Of a stretch of 64,000 nt of DNA, positions 36,023 through 46,833 are shown in pieces. The stretch's first letter is position 1; each line of letters opens with the position of its first letter. Made by a program: the position numbers and the translations under genes. Source of the DNA: Calditrichia bacterium (GTDB taxonomy: Bacteria; Calditrichota; Calditrichia; JAJRVZ01). The stretch covers positions 192,001-256,000 of the forward strand of contig CAWCNS010000008.1 in NCBI GenBank assembly GCA_963796965.1. Reading direction: 5' to 3'. Below the pieces are notes generated by a model. It searched no databases. It had not been told where the DNA came from and was given only the letters and a program-made list of their open reading frames with translations.

Positions 36023-37975
36023 TTATCTGTCAAATTTATACTCATCCATATGTTGTGCTGCCTGATCCGGTTCAGTTGGTGTGTTCTGCAATTCTTCATA
36101 TTCCAACGGGTGGTGGTGCTTCATTTCTTCTTCACTAATCCGGCCATCCATCCAGGTTAAACTCATTGGATATTTATCCGGACGATAGATTACCAGGAAC
36201 CAATGCCAGATGATAATTGAGAGCGTGGCCAGCCAGGCTTCAAAATAGTGAATAATTTCAGATACTTCAAAACTCCAGGAAGGTAAAAAACTCATGGCAA
36301 TCTCAGGAAACCATAGAATCAATCCGGTGATGGCCATTAAGGCTGTTCCCCAGATCAAAGCCAAATATTCGGCTTTTTCCGTATAATCCCACCGGCCAAA
36401 CTTCGGATGTTCTTTTGTTTTACCCAGATAAAACTTCATATTTTGAATAAAACCGGTTATATCGGATATTTTTGGGAGTAATCCAAAAATATCTCTTCTG
36501 ACCTTTGCGGCTAAACATAAAATACGCCGCCTGGATAATTGAACCGATAATCATAACGACTGCCGCAATTCGGTGAATTAAGGCCCTTAATGCCTCCGTC
36601 ATGCCAATATCAACCAACCATCCAACCCAAAGCGCATCGGGAAATTTTAAGGCAAAACCGGTAATAACTAAGGTAAAAAAACTTAAAATCAAAAACATAT
36701 GTTGATAGACTTCAAAAGGTTGAAACCGTTGATAGGTCCTGCCATTTTTGAGCGCCTGACGTTTTTGTCCTTATATAGTAAAGCAAGATGATCAGATTAT
36801 GAATAAACATCCCCCCAACAACAACGATGATAATCCATATATAAAATTTCTGCACATAAAATCCGATAGGATTTCGTGTTTCCATCTCCAGGGGATGAAC
36901 GGGAATATTAACAAAATCTGCTGTTATATCCTCATGGCATTTCCCACAGGTTGTGTGAAAGATTATCCGGATTTATACTTGATTCCGGATTATAGAGAGC
37001 CCATAATTGAATGTACTTCATGGCAACTGGTACAATTGGCTGCATCTGGAGATCCCTTAAGAACAGCTAAACCGTGATAGGTCCGGCTGTATGTAGAAAA
37101 TCTTTCCGGATCTAAGCCAAATCTATTCATCATCGCGGGAGAAGCATGACAATTTGCACAGATCTGAGAAGATAAGTTTAATTTATTAGTTACGGCATCA
37201 TGATCCTGTGGCGATACAATTCCATGCTCACCATGACACTCGTTACAGGTTGGCGATTCAAAATGTCCCCTTGCCAGAGATTTCCCAGTGCATACTTTTG
37301 TCATATTCTTCTTTTTCCGCTTCATGGCAGTTACCACATGTTTCGGCAACATGTATTTTACTAAATTTCGATTTTGGATTTGTCATCACATAAATAGCGT
37401 GATAATCCATGACAACTGATACAGGTCGGAGGATCTCTTGTCTGTCTCCTCATGTAAAATTTTATTATGTACACTCTCGTGATAACCCTTTACCGGTCCC
37501 TCACCCTTTATTCCTAAAGCTGTAGAACTTCGGGTTTGGAATGACATTCCCCACAGGTAGTCTCAATATTCAGAGCATATGTTTTTGATTCCGCATTATC
37601 AGAAGGTAGAATATCATGTTTACCATGACAATCAGCACATGTAACAACGGTACCGGGCATATATTCTTCTGAATGCGCATGTATACTCTCACTAAATTCT
37701 TCCTGAGCGTCATCATGACATTCAGCACAAACTACCTTGGGTAAATCTTCATCATGATCAACATCTTCTAATGTACTATGACAATCAATACATTCCATAT
37801 CTCCATGTATTGATTTCTGAAATTTCTCCAGATCGACATACATGGATACTTCTACCGTATCATTAATTATACCTGTCATCTCCTCATCGGAATGACAATC
37901 CATACATTCCTCAACCGATTGTGCTAAAAATATACCTGGGAGGAGAAACAGTAAAAATAAAATTCTTTTAAGCAT
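36023..37975 (-). CDS. Multiheme cytochrome c (about 11 CxxCH) fused to a cytochrome b domain, CbcL-like; multiple frameshifts
   Basis: Signal peptide; CxxCH in several fragments; ITGFALKF, IHRIAA, YTEKAEYLALIWG, IHYFEAWLA. Confidence 0.75.
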
Positions 37976-37993
37976 TATAGTTTATACTTTCTT

Positions 37994-38885
37994 TCATTTT
38001 CCATGGCAGGTCATACAGACCACATCGCCGGTCAGATCACTGTGGCAAGATTGACAATAGTCAAAATCATATTGTGCTGCCTTAGCATGGAGTCCACCGG
38101 TTGTTGTATTTGACCAGCCAGCATAACTGTGATTCTTGGGCATCACCATTTCTATGGCATGACATTCATTACAAAACGCGTATTCTCTGTGACAGGTTAT
38201 ACAATTTTCTTTATTTCCTTTAGCATCGATTCCATGCGTGTTACGATAATTTAACGGATGTGCTTCCCTGTCCAGATTATCACCTTCATGGCATTGCAGA
38301 CAATAAAAATTTGAATGACAGTGACTGCAGGTCTTTTCCTGAATTTCCCATTCCGTTCCATGATCTTTACTCCAGCCGGCCAAATGGTTAGCAGGTTTAG
38401 CGACCTGGGTATTACTATGACAGGTGAGACATTTATCTTTTTCCTGGGAGAAATCAGCCGTTCCATGACAATCCGTGCAAACCGATCGATCTGGTAAATG
38501 CAGACCGGCTGTCGTTTCATTTTTATCCGTGATCCCACTATGACAGGTCAGGCATTCCATTTCCTTTTCGATGTGGGGTTGATGTGAAAACTGTGCTCCC
38601 ATATCAACTATCCGCATTACTTCTCCTGCCTCATCCGGATTAGTGTGGCAGACACTACATTCCGTATCATCCTCATCATGGCAATTATAACAGGTTTCCA
38701 TGGCAGGAAGGAGATTATCTGAAGGCGATGTGCTGGCTTCTGCTTTTTCATGACAATCTGTGCAAGATGCACCCGCCTCTTCTGCATGGTATTTATGTGA
38801 AAATATAAGAACATCATCCTGGGCATATGCAAGTAACAACCCAGACAATTAATAGACCGATAGTCAATAAGATTATTTTTCTCAT
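37994..38885 (-). CDS. Periplasmic dodecaheme cytochrome c; frameshift in the signal peptide near 38850
   Basis: 12 CxxCH motifs with FSH..H ligand patterns; ATG at 38885 gives MRKIILLTIG signal. Confidence 0.85.
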
Positions 38886-38895
38886 GGCTTACCTT

Positions 38896-40119
38896 TTACC
38901 AGATATAGTGGATATGGTTTAAGAAGCGTTGATCCGTTTTGCTATACATGTTATTTAATAATTGATACTCGGCAACTACTTTCCAGTGGTCTGCAAAGCT
39001 ATAACTTGCCCGCAAGGCGTTCCCAATCTGATCTTCATAATCGTACAATTCGCCAAGTCTATAGCGCATATAGTCAATTGAAATTGATCCGATCAGGCCG
39101 GGAATAAACTCATAGCCATAATTGATCAAGAAACCCAACTCATCACCAAGGTCTCCCGTCTCATAAACCACGCCAAGTGATCCGTTTAAATCGCTAAAAC
39201 TGACGATGATCCGCTGCCCGGTTTCGTCTGATCCTAATGTATAATAATGGAAATCAGCAGAGAGTGAATAGGCATCTGTAAAATAATAGGATCCACCTAC
39301 CCCACCTTGTTTATATTCCGACAGGTCAAATCTGGTATAATAGGAATTGGCATAAATCTGTGGGTGCTGTTGTTTTAGATGCAGATTAAAGCGAAGTTTT
39401 TGTGAGGCCGTCCACCGTGTAGAGAAATAAAACCGATGCAAGCGGTTATTGGCCATATCATAATGACCCTGGATTAAAAAACGCCAATCTTTAAGGGTAT
39501 AATTGGAAAGGTTTAATGCTGCAATTTGCCAGATCGATTCGTTTTGATGCATTTTTTGTATATAGGCCAGTTGCAGATCCGTTCCACCCAAATTAAAATA
39601 TTTGATGGCTCCCCCATAGACAGCAGCCTCATCCCAATTATATACTTTATAACTTCGGGGCAATGTAGATTCAACACCACCATAGAGGTGGACGCGCCAG
39701 GATTTCCCCGGTTTCAAAATAAGATTTAATCCATCCAGGCTACCAAATACAATTCCCGGATGAAAGAAGAAGCGTCCTAACTCCACATCCATAAACCCGC
39801 TAAACAGGTCTGTTGCACTCAGTGAAAGGCGATTTACCCGAAAGCGAAGATCATTGGGTATATCTTCCTGTAAGTTTGTCAAGAGACGGGTGTTGTAGTG
39901 AAAAGTCAGGTTGTTATACTCTTTGACTTTTGCCTGGAAACGGAGATATTGATAAAAAAACCAGTTGGTCTCCTGCTCATCAGTTCCACGTAAAACCGGT
40001 GGAACATAGGCATAAATAGAGTTTGTGAACCTTCCCTTTGTCTCCACCTTTTGGGCATTAACATGCGACAAGGACAATAAAACAATTAGAACTAAAATGG
40101 CAAAATGTTTTGCTTTCAT
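38896..40119 (-). CDS. Putative outer-membrane beta-barrel (porin of a porin-cytochrome conduit)
   Basis: Signal peptide, aromatic-rich amphipathic strands, C-terminal IHYIW; directly upstream of the dodecaheme gene. Confidence 0.7.
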   Translation of the reverse strand: MKAKHFAILVLIVLLSLSHVNAQKVETKGRFTNSIYAYVPPVLRGTDEQETNWFFYQYLRFQAKVKEYNNLTFHYNTRLLTNLQEDIPNDLRFRVNRLSLSATDLFSGFMDVELGRFFFHPGIVFGSLDGLNLILKPGKSWRVHLYGGVESTLPRSYKVYNWDEAAVYGGAIKYFNLGGTDLQLAYIQKMHQNESIWQIAALNLSNYTLKDWRFLIQGHYDMANNRLHRFYFSTRWTASQKLRFNLHLKQQHPQIYANSYYTRFDLSEYKQGGVGGSYYFTDAYSLSADFHYYTLGSDETGQRIIVSFSDLNGSLGVVYETGDLGDELGFLINYGYEFIPGLIGSISIDYMRYRLGELYDYEDQIGNALRASYSFADHWKVVAEYQLLNNMYSKTDQRFLNHIHYIW

Positions 40120-40180
40120 GGGCTCAACCCGTTCATTTTGTTATATGGCTTTTAACTATTGGTTGGATAGTAAATTATTG

Positions 40181-40195
40181 ACAAAATTTGTGCCA
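40181..40195 (-). promoter_or_regulatory. Sigma-54 -24/-12 promoter for the porin-cytochrome operon
   Basis: TGGCAC-AAATT-TTGT on the minus strand, about 60 bp upstream of the ATG. Confidence 0.65.
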
Positions 40196-40536
40196 ATTTC
40201 TGCGATTATTCCTAAATACATGTTATTATTAATTTTGTATACTTTTTATCCCCTTGTGAGTCTTCACTATTTTACTAAAATTTCAATTATTTTTAAGAAT
40301 ATTCCTAAAGATAATAATGAATTGTCTCACCTACATTTTTCAGCCACAGAGGACTCAGAGAGCAGGATTAGGTAAAAAAGAAAAAGGTAAAAGGTAAAGC
40401 TTTTTACCCTCTAACTTTTTACTTCTAAATATCTCCATGGCTAAATTAAATTGTGCTCGCTTATGATCATTACATTTTTAATATCGGTCTGTGCCAGTAC
40501 ATAAAATAAAGATTACAAAAGATATAATAATCGGAT

Positions 40537-40570
40537 AAAAAAAAAACCGGAGCCATCCCTGGCCCCGGTT
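40537..40570 (-). terminator. Intrinsic terminator after the rhodanese gene
   Basis: Minus strand AACCGGGGCCAGGGATGGCTCCGG followed by a T10 tract. Confidence 0.8.
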
Positions 40571-40589
40571 TTGGGATACAACATCCCTG

Positions 40590-41603
40590 TTATTCAAGAA
40601 CTGCGCTATAATCAGCAGTCGGGGCTACATATTTATGCCCGGCTAATTGATCAACGCCAAAACCATTTACACCATATGTTACACTATAGGCTTCATAACC
40701 AAGCAGACGCAAGTAAGCAGTCATCTGGGCGGAGGTTTGGCCAGTGTAGCAATAGAATGCGATCTTCTGATCTTTTGGTAAGCGATTTAATCTGGCGTCT
40801 TTAAGAAGATCAGCTTTTGGTGAAAACTGATAGGCCCCTTCAATATGACCTGGAGCCAAATATTCACCGGCAGGCCAGTAGTTGATGACAAAATAATTGC
40901 TGACGTCATCGGGTAAAGCAGAAACACCCATACCCCAATCAGCTGTTCCATCACCATTCCAGTCCCAGACCTTATCAAAGTTGGCTTTCATTATATCAAC
41001 AGCATTCTCTTTTCCTGTGCTCAGTTTAGGAAAACCACTGGCTTCACCCGGATCACCTTCATCCGTATTATTTAATGTATACCAGTTAGAACCGTCAATT
41101 TTTTTCTGCCATGCGTCAGATTTTGCAACAACCTGGGGATCAGAGGTCACACCGCACATTCCGAATAGAAGGTTGGATGCATCCAATCCTAGTAAATTCA
41201 AAACAGAAGTGGCAACACTGGCTGTTTGACCAGAATAACAGATACAAACAACACGTTTGTCAGTTGGAATAGTGCCGTCATCAACTTTGTCAACCAAAGA
41301 AGACAAGGGAATATTCGTAGCACCTTTAAGATGTTTGTCCGCATAATCTGTGGCGGAACGTAAATCGACCAGAAAAACATCATCTGCCTGTGCAGGATCC
41401 GTTAAAATGACATAAAGATCAGCCATACTGATATTAACTCCACCTGAGGCGGTGGTATAATTTTCAACATATTCATCGCCAACAGCAGCAACCAGTGCAA
41501 ATTCATCAACCGGTTCTTCTTGTGGTTCACTGGAACTTGAACACGCTGCAAAAATAGTCAGCGACAGGATTAAGGTAAAATACAACAACTTCTTGATAGT
41601 CAT
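40590..41603 (-). CDS. Double rhodanese-domain lipoprotein (sulfurtransferase/polysulfide carrier)
   Basis: Lipobox FAAC; LVDLRS..DY...HLKGA.NIP; active-site loops CYSGQT and CYTGQT. Confidence 0.88.
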   Translation of the reverse strand: MTIKKLLYFTLILSLTIFAACSSSSEPQEEPVDEFALVAAVGDEYVENYTTASGGVNISMADLYVILTDPAQADDVFLVDLRSATDYADKHLKGATNIPLSSLVDKVDDGTIPTDKRVVCICYSGQTASVATSVLNLLGLDASNLLFGMCGVTSDPQVVAKSDAWQKKIDGSNWYTLNNTDEGDPGEASGFPKLSTGKENAVDIMKANFDKVWDWNGDGTADWGMGVSALPDDVSNYFVINYWPAGEYLAPGHIEGAYQFSPKADLLKDARLNRLPKDQKIAFYCYTGQTSAQMTAYLRLLGYEAYSVTYGVNGFGVDQLAGHKYVAPTADYSAVLE

Positions 41604-41627
41604 AAATGACTCCTTTCTTGGGTTAGT

Positions 41628-42959
41628 TTAAGGTATTATTACATCTTTATTTGCTTGTTTTTCATAATCTTCAAGATCTGAATCTCTCAAATACGTACCG
41701 AGTGTACTATTACGATCGTGACATTTTTCAGAGCAGCGGGTAACGCCACCCGTTGTATCTGTTCTGGCTGTCCAACGCTGAATATTATGCGGGGTTGCAT
41801 ATTTCCAGGTGGGCAGATCATCAAATTCTGGAAGATCGGCAACACCCCATTCCTTGTAGGTATCTTGTATAATTGGTATATGGCGCAATGCCACATAATC
41901 ATAGGGTTTATTATTTGACTGTAGTGGGTTTTTACCAATTTTAAATTGCATCCAGGAAGAACCGGTAATACCATCACCACCAGCATGACAGGCATTACAG
42001 TTTTTATAATCCTGCGAATGACAGACCTGACATTCCAGATAAGAACGGCTTTCATTTCCAAGTGGTGTTTCCCAATGTGTCTGATGATAAATATTCTTTG
42101 ATATGGCATCATTGTGACAGTCTTCACATTTTGGCGCAGTGGAATTATTCTCATCATAGCGATGCTCTAACATTCCGGCCGCTCCATGCATCTCCTGAGC
42201 ACTATGGCAAAATTCACAGCGCTTTGCCCCTGGCTGATAATGTACATCAGCTTTAAAACCTTCATTCTGGCCAAGATATTCAGCACCAACACGGCTGCCA
42301 TGACAAGCGGTACAATTATTGGTCATACTGGGGGTCTTTTTAAAATTATGCCCGTCAAGAAAACCACCAGCCACTGAATTAGGACGGCTGACATGGCATT
42401 GCCCACAAGTGGCATGACACTTACCACATTCCATGTCAAACTCCATCTGCAAATGATCGCTATCCCTTAAATCATATCCAGCCCTCTCTTCGAACATCGT
42501 ATAATACCCTTCCTGGGTACGATGCAGACTGACATTGTACATGGCCACGGTTCCGGCATGACATCCGGAACAAAACTCCTCATCCTCAGCACTGGGATCA
42601 AAGACGACATCGGCATGCGCTTTATTCATATCCACCGTCTTGTCATCACCACGGTGGCAGGAAATACAGGAGAGTTCACCATGAAGACTCGTAAGGAAGG
42701 ATTCCTTGACTAAAACTTTTTCCCACGCCTCCAACGGAGGCACTGAGCCACCTCAGCCTTCGCCCGAATCACCACTGGGAGGAGGAATCGGCGTTGCGAG
42801 TTCTTTTAAAAGTTCTTTATCGGTATGACATTCGACACAACTACCTTGAGCCAAAACAGGCACATCTCCTCCTTCAATCTTATTAGGATACTTTTCAGTA
42901 CACCCTACATAGAGAAGAAGGATCAGACTGCTCATAATAAAAAAGATGATTTTTTTCAT
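41628..42959 (-). CDS. Putative selenocysteine-containing multiheme cytochrome c lipoprotein (443 aa; U at codon 69; 10 CxxCH plus 1 CxxxCH)
   Basis: Two ORFs in one frame separated by TGA at 42753-42755 then GGT GGC TCA GTG; lipobox YVGC only in the upstream part; SECIS-like hairpin follows the TGA. Confidence 0.78.
42727..42741 (-). promoter_or_regulatory. Candidate bacterial SECIS hairpin
   Basis: GCCUCC-GUU-GGAGGC; apical GU lies 17 nt after the UGA. Confidence 0.65.
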
Positions 42960-43008
42960 CTCACCTACCTTATGGTTAAATATTCCGGTTTATCAAGTTA
43001 CATTAATC

Positions 43009-43023
43009 ACAAAATTCGTGCCA
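43009..43023 (-). promoter_or_regulatory. Sigma-54 promoter for the Sec-cytochrome/rhodanese operon
   Basis: TGGCAC-GAATT-TTGT about 50 bp upstream of the ATG. Confidence 0.68.
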
Positions 43024-43942
43024 AAATTAACAAGCCACCACAACTTATTATTATTACTATACTTAAGTTGTCTGAATAATTATTCCAATTTTTTGAATAT
43101 AGGACACTTTGTTTCACTCAACAGCATATACACGGCCTATACAACTATTTATTTTAGAGTTACCTGTTAGGAACATTATGTTTCGCTGATCATACTTGAA
43201 ACAGATTGTTCTGTACACATTTCGGTTTTTTCCGGTTTACATCTAGTTAATTTCCAGTAAGTGCTGTGATCATTTAACTTATCAAGTGAATTTTATCTCT
43301 TATATTGCACATAACCTCCACCTGGCATTTTATCCTGTCTAAATTCAATTCAGGTCGAGGCCTATTTCAGCGCATTTCTGAACTACTACGCCACAAATCT
43401 ACAAATAGTTCCCAGGCGTGTCTGAGCAATATGATTATAATCGTAAAGATATCTGAATAAATACCAAACAAGCGTTTTTGTAGAGACGTCCTCCGATTAA
43501 CGGGATTTTCAACCAGAGGTACGTCACACCATCTATAGATTTTGACGCAAGGACAACCTACAAACATACACCAGCAGTTACAAATAATATCTGTTTTTAT
43601 TATGATCTCGCCATAGTCGACAAATTATACCATTAGGATAGATAACAAATACATCCAGCCTGAACATCGCCCCATAATCAGTGGCATTACCATCAAAAAC
43701 TGCCGCAAAAATTTCAACCAGATTGAAATGCTGTCTTATAGGAGAACGTTTCAATTATCAATAAATTATGGCAATAGGATCGATTACAAAGACGTCCCAA
43801 CGGGACGTCTCTACAACTACCACAAAGAAAATTTTTGAAGCAATGATTTTTTACAATAAAAAAAGGGCAAGATATATATCCTGCCCTTTACCACCCCACA
43901 ACAATATTTTAATAATAATCAAATTTCATTGGAGATGTGGAC

Positions 43943-43977
43943 AAAAAAACCTCCCGGTCAATCTGACCGGGAGGTTT
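43943..43977 (-). terminator. Intrinsic terminator after the nonaheme cytochrome gene
   Basis: AAACCTCCCGGTCA-GAT-TGACCGGGAGG followed by a T7 tract on the minus strand. Confidence 0.85.
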
Positions 43978-44006
43978 AATCCCACCAACGAATCTTTTTA
44001 CTAATC

Positions 44007-46037
44007 TTACTTCAATAAAACCATTTTCTTAATAGCTGTATAATCTTCAGCTATAATCCGATACATATAAATACCTGATGCAAATTGAGCGCCATCAAAC
44101 CTGGCTTTATACGTACCTGCTTGCATATTATCGTCTACTAATGTTGCCACTTCTCGACCCAGCATATCATAAACCTTTATCGAGACCCTTCCCGCTTTTT
44201 TGATTGAGAAATCAATCTGTGTGTAAGGATTAAAAGGATTAGGATAGTTTTGTGATATTGAATACTCAGTAGGTGCTATACCAAGAACGGGGCTGATTGA
44301 GAGTATGTCATCGCGTACCTTGGCAATTGATAATTGCAGTAAGGAAACAGTAAAAGCGGGGTTATGAATCCCCAAACTTCTATCTTCCAATACAAATTCC
44401 CAATTATAAATCGCAGCGGCCACATCAAAGCCGGTTGTAGCGCTATCCACTACAAAATCACCGTCTTCGTCTGTTGGTAAGACCGAATAAAGTGTGTCCA
44501 TTAATCCTTGGACTTCGAGTTGCAATCCTTCTTCTTCACCATTACCATCATGATCAGCATTGCCATTGATATAAAATTTCTTCTCGGCAAATGTCTCACC
44601 AACAATACCATGACAATCTTCACAGGCAGCAACATTATCCACACCCTTCTGGTTTACCATGGCGAACGAATGCATTCCAGATGTGTTCAATTCATGATTT
44701 TCATCGAACTCACCGTGGGATCCAATTTCATACATATGACAGGTCACACAAGAGTTTGCTTCTCCGCCTGGTACAGCAGCGATGAGATGCGGCGAAGTCG
44801 GTAAATCTTCACCAAATGTCCAGGTATTTAAGGTAGTTAGCATTTCTGCCTGCGGACCATGATGCGGTCCAGTGGCCTGACTATTATCTAATCTATCTTG
44901 GATACGATCAGGTAAAGTCCGGCGGCTGTTATGACAATTCATACATAATTTACCCAAGCCACCTTGATTGACGACATCACCACTAGGCAGTGTAGCTTCC
45001 AGGGTTCTGAGCTGATATTCATTAGTTGCCTCATGAGGATCATGACATACGGCACAAGTAATATTATGATTTTCAGCCAAATCTTCTTCTATATCCATTT
45101 TTCCACCATCAACCCAATCAATAAAACCTTGACCATTATGGCAGGGCGCACAACTGGCTCTGGTATAAGGACGATTAAGGCTGGCATGATTAGAAACTTT
45201 CCATTGTGATGGGTAAACATGATAATGGTCATCATCATGACATGCCGCACAGGCATCTGGTCCTATATCAACAACCATTTTCCCATCTGTTGTAGCGCCG
45301 TTATGAGCACTTCCAGGTCCATGACAGTTTTCACATTGGATGTTTGCACGATCCATGGCAGCCGGATATGTTGCATACATGGAATCTGCCATACCAGGTT
45401 CAAGAACGCCGGGAAACACAAATTCAAAATCATCAAAACCATCATTGTTGGCCATCGCATCAAAACCAACTGTATGACAAGAAACACATCCTTCACCATA
45501 ATGACTACTTTTTATACCATCCAGAGCCTCATCCAGGAAAGTGGCATGACCGGTAGCTGACCAAGGTGTGTACTGGTCGCCGAAAGCACCACTATGACAG
45601 TTTTTACAATTTTTCTCAACGCCCAAAAATTTTGCAGCATTCATCACGACCGTATCCGCATACGTACCTTCTGTAACGATGACTGTATAGGTGCCCAGCA
45701 CATCAGGAACTAAAGTCACTATTTCGCTGGCTGAATCAACTTCTGTCGCTGTAGAAAGACTGGCCTCTGACCCACCTGGCGCAGTTAGATCCCACATCAG
45801 ATCGGTAATCATTGAATCCTCAAAAGTAGCCTTGAGGTACACTTTGGTCTCAACGCCAACATTGGCCAAACCGGTAGAAACACGGTCTTTTACACCCAGA
45901 TAATGCGGGTTTCCAACCGTATCTCTAGCAACCTCTGCCGGTGACACGCCATGGGTTTCTAGCAGCAGATCCTGCGGAAACACCATTACAGCACTCACCA
46001 AAACGAGTAGTAATGATAGTAAAAACATCTTGTTCAT
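44007..46037 (-). CDS. Nonaheme cytochrome c with C-terminal T9SS-type sorting domain
   Basis: Signal peptide; 9 CxxCH; DRSLGIHNP; C-terminal SQNYPNPFNP...SGIYMYRI...KKMVLLK. Confidence 0.85.
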   Translation of the reverse strand: MNKMFLLSLLLVLVSAVMVFPQDLLLETHGVSPAEVARDTVGNPHYLGVKDRVSTGLANVGVETKVYLKATFEDSMITDLMWDLTAPGGSEASLSTATEVDSASEIVTLVPDVLGTYTVIVTEGTYADTVVMNAAKFLGVEKNCKNCHSGAFGDQYTPWSATGHATFLDEALDGIKSSHYGEGCVSCHTVGFDAMANNDGFDDFEFVFPGVLEPGMADSMYATYPAAMDRANIQCENCHGPGSAHNGATTDGKMVVDIGPDACAACHDDDHYHVYPSQWKVSNHASLNRPYTRASCAPCHNGQGFIDWVDGGKMDIEEDLAENHNITCAVCHDPHEATNEYQLRTLEATLPSGDVVNQGGLGKLCMNCHNSRRTLPDRIQDRLDNSQATGPHHGPQAEMLTTLNTWTFGEDLPTSPHLIAAVPGGEANSCVTCHMYEIGSHGEFDENHELNTSGMHSFAMVNQKGVDNVAACEDCHGIVGETFAEKKFYINGNADHDGNGEEEGLQLEVQGLMDTLYSVLPTDEDGDFVVDSATTGFDVAAAIYNWEFVLEDRSLGIHNPAFTVSLLQLSIAKVRDDILSISPVLGIAPTEYSISQNYPNPFNPYTQIDFSIKKAGRVSIKVYDMLGREVATLVDDNMQAGTYKARFDGAQFASGIYMYRIIAEDYTAIKKMVLLK

Positions 46038-46077
46038 TGTAAAGCCTCCTTAGGTTAATTAATCGGGGTAAATTGAT

Positions 46078-46468
46078 TTATACGTTTAACGTTTCTTTAT
46101 TGTGTTCCTTCACGACCGCCTGAAAACTATCTAATAATTCATTGGTATCGAGCGGCTTTATTGCATAATAATAAATGCCCAGAGGGCTTATTTCTTTGCC
46201 AAGGTCAATACTGGCATTTGATGTGACAAAAATTATCCTGATAGATTTATTGACCTTCCGAATCGATTTTAAGACATGAACTGTTTCCGGATGCAGAAAG
46301 TCATCATCAATAATAAGAATAGAAGGGTTTAGACTCACATACGGTGGACATCACATCCAGAGGATCATTACTTTCATCACAAACCTTTATCGGTTCGTCA
46401 GAAATCAGACTGGCGTTGTCTTTTAACCTTAATAGTTCAGGATCCTTACTGATCATAATCGTTCGCAT
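46078..46468 (-). CDS. Single-domain response regulator receiver, 1-nt frameshift near 46335
   Basis: ILIIDDD, IIFVTS, YYAIKP; upstream frame from ATG at 46468 joins. Confidence 0.7.
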
Positions 46469-46481
46469 GACCAGCCATACT

Positions 46482-46496
46482 GCAACTTATATGCCA
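46482..46496 (-). promoter_or_regulatory. Sigma-54 promoter (receiver and nonaheme cytochrome)
   Basis: TGGCAT-ATAAG-TTGC near-consensus. Confidence 0.7.
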
Positions 46497-46833
46497 TCTT
46501 TCTTTTAATTATGAGACATTAATCACATTCATATGTCAAATCATTCACAGGAATTGTCCGCAATTAAACACCCCAGATGCTATTGGTTCTTAACATATTG
46601 TTTATATTAAATATATATTCAGTATTTTTCTATAAAATTCTCATCTAAACAAATAACGAGGTTAGATTACACCGCGAAAAAATGTTTATTTTCTTCTATA
46701 ATTATTTGTCTGTATAATAAAAGTATAAATTCCCAGCCCAATTTCTTATATAAATCAGGACATACCTGTCACAGTGGGACAATTATGCGACAGACTTTTG
46801 TATAATTGTGATTTTTTTGTGTATATTTGCGCC

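Noticed and set aside
32202..38885. Calling the cytochrome operon a set of pseudogenes
   Set aside because: Lesions are single-base indels like the one in prs, and motifs are intact; assembly error is more likely, though unproven.
43150..43900. Possible degenerate gene or mobile remnant between REP-like halves
   Set aside because: No recognisable protein motif in the frames inspected; ORFs 43367-43567 and 43768-44004 are unsupported.
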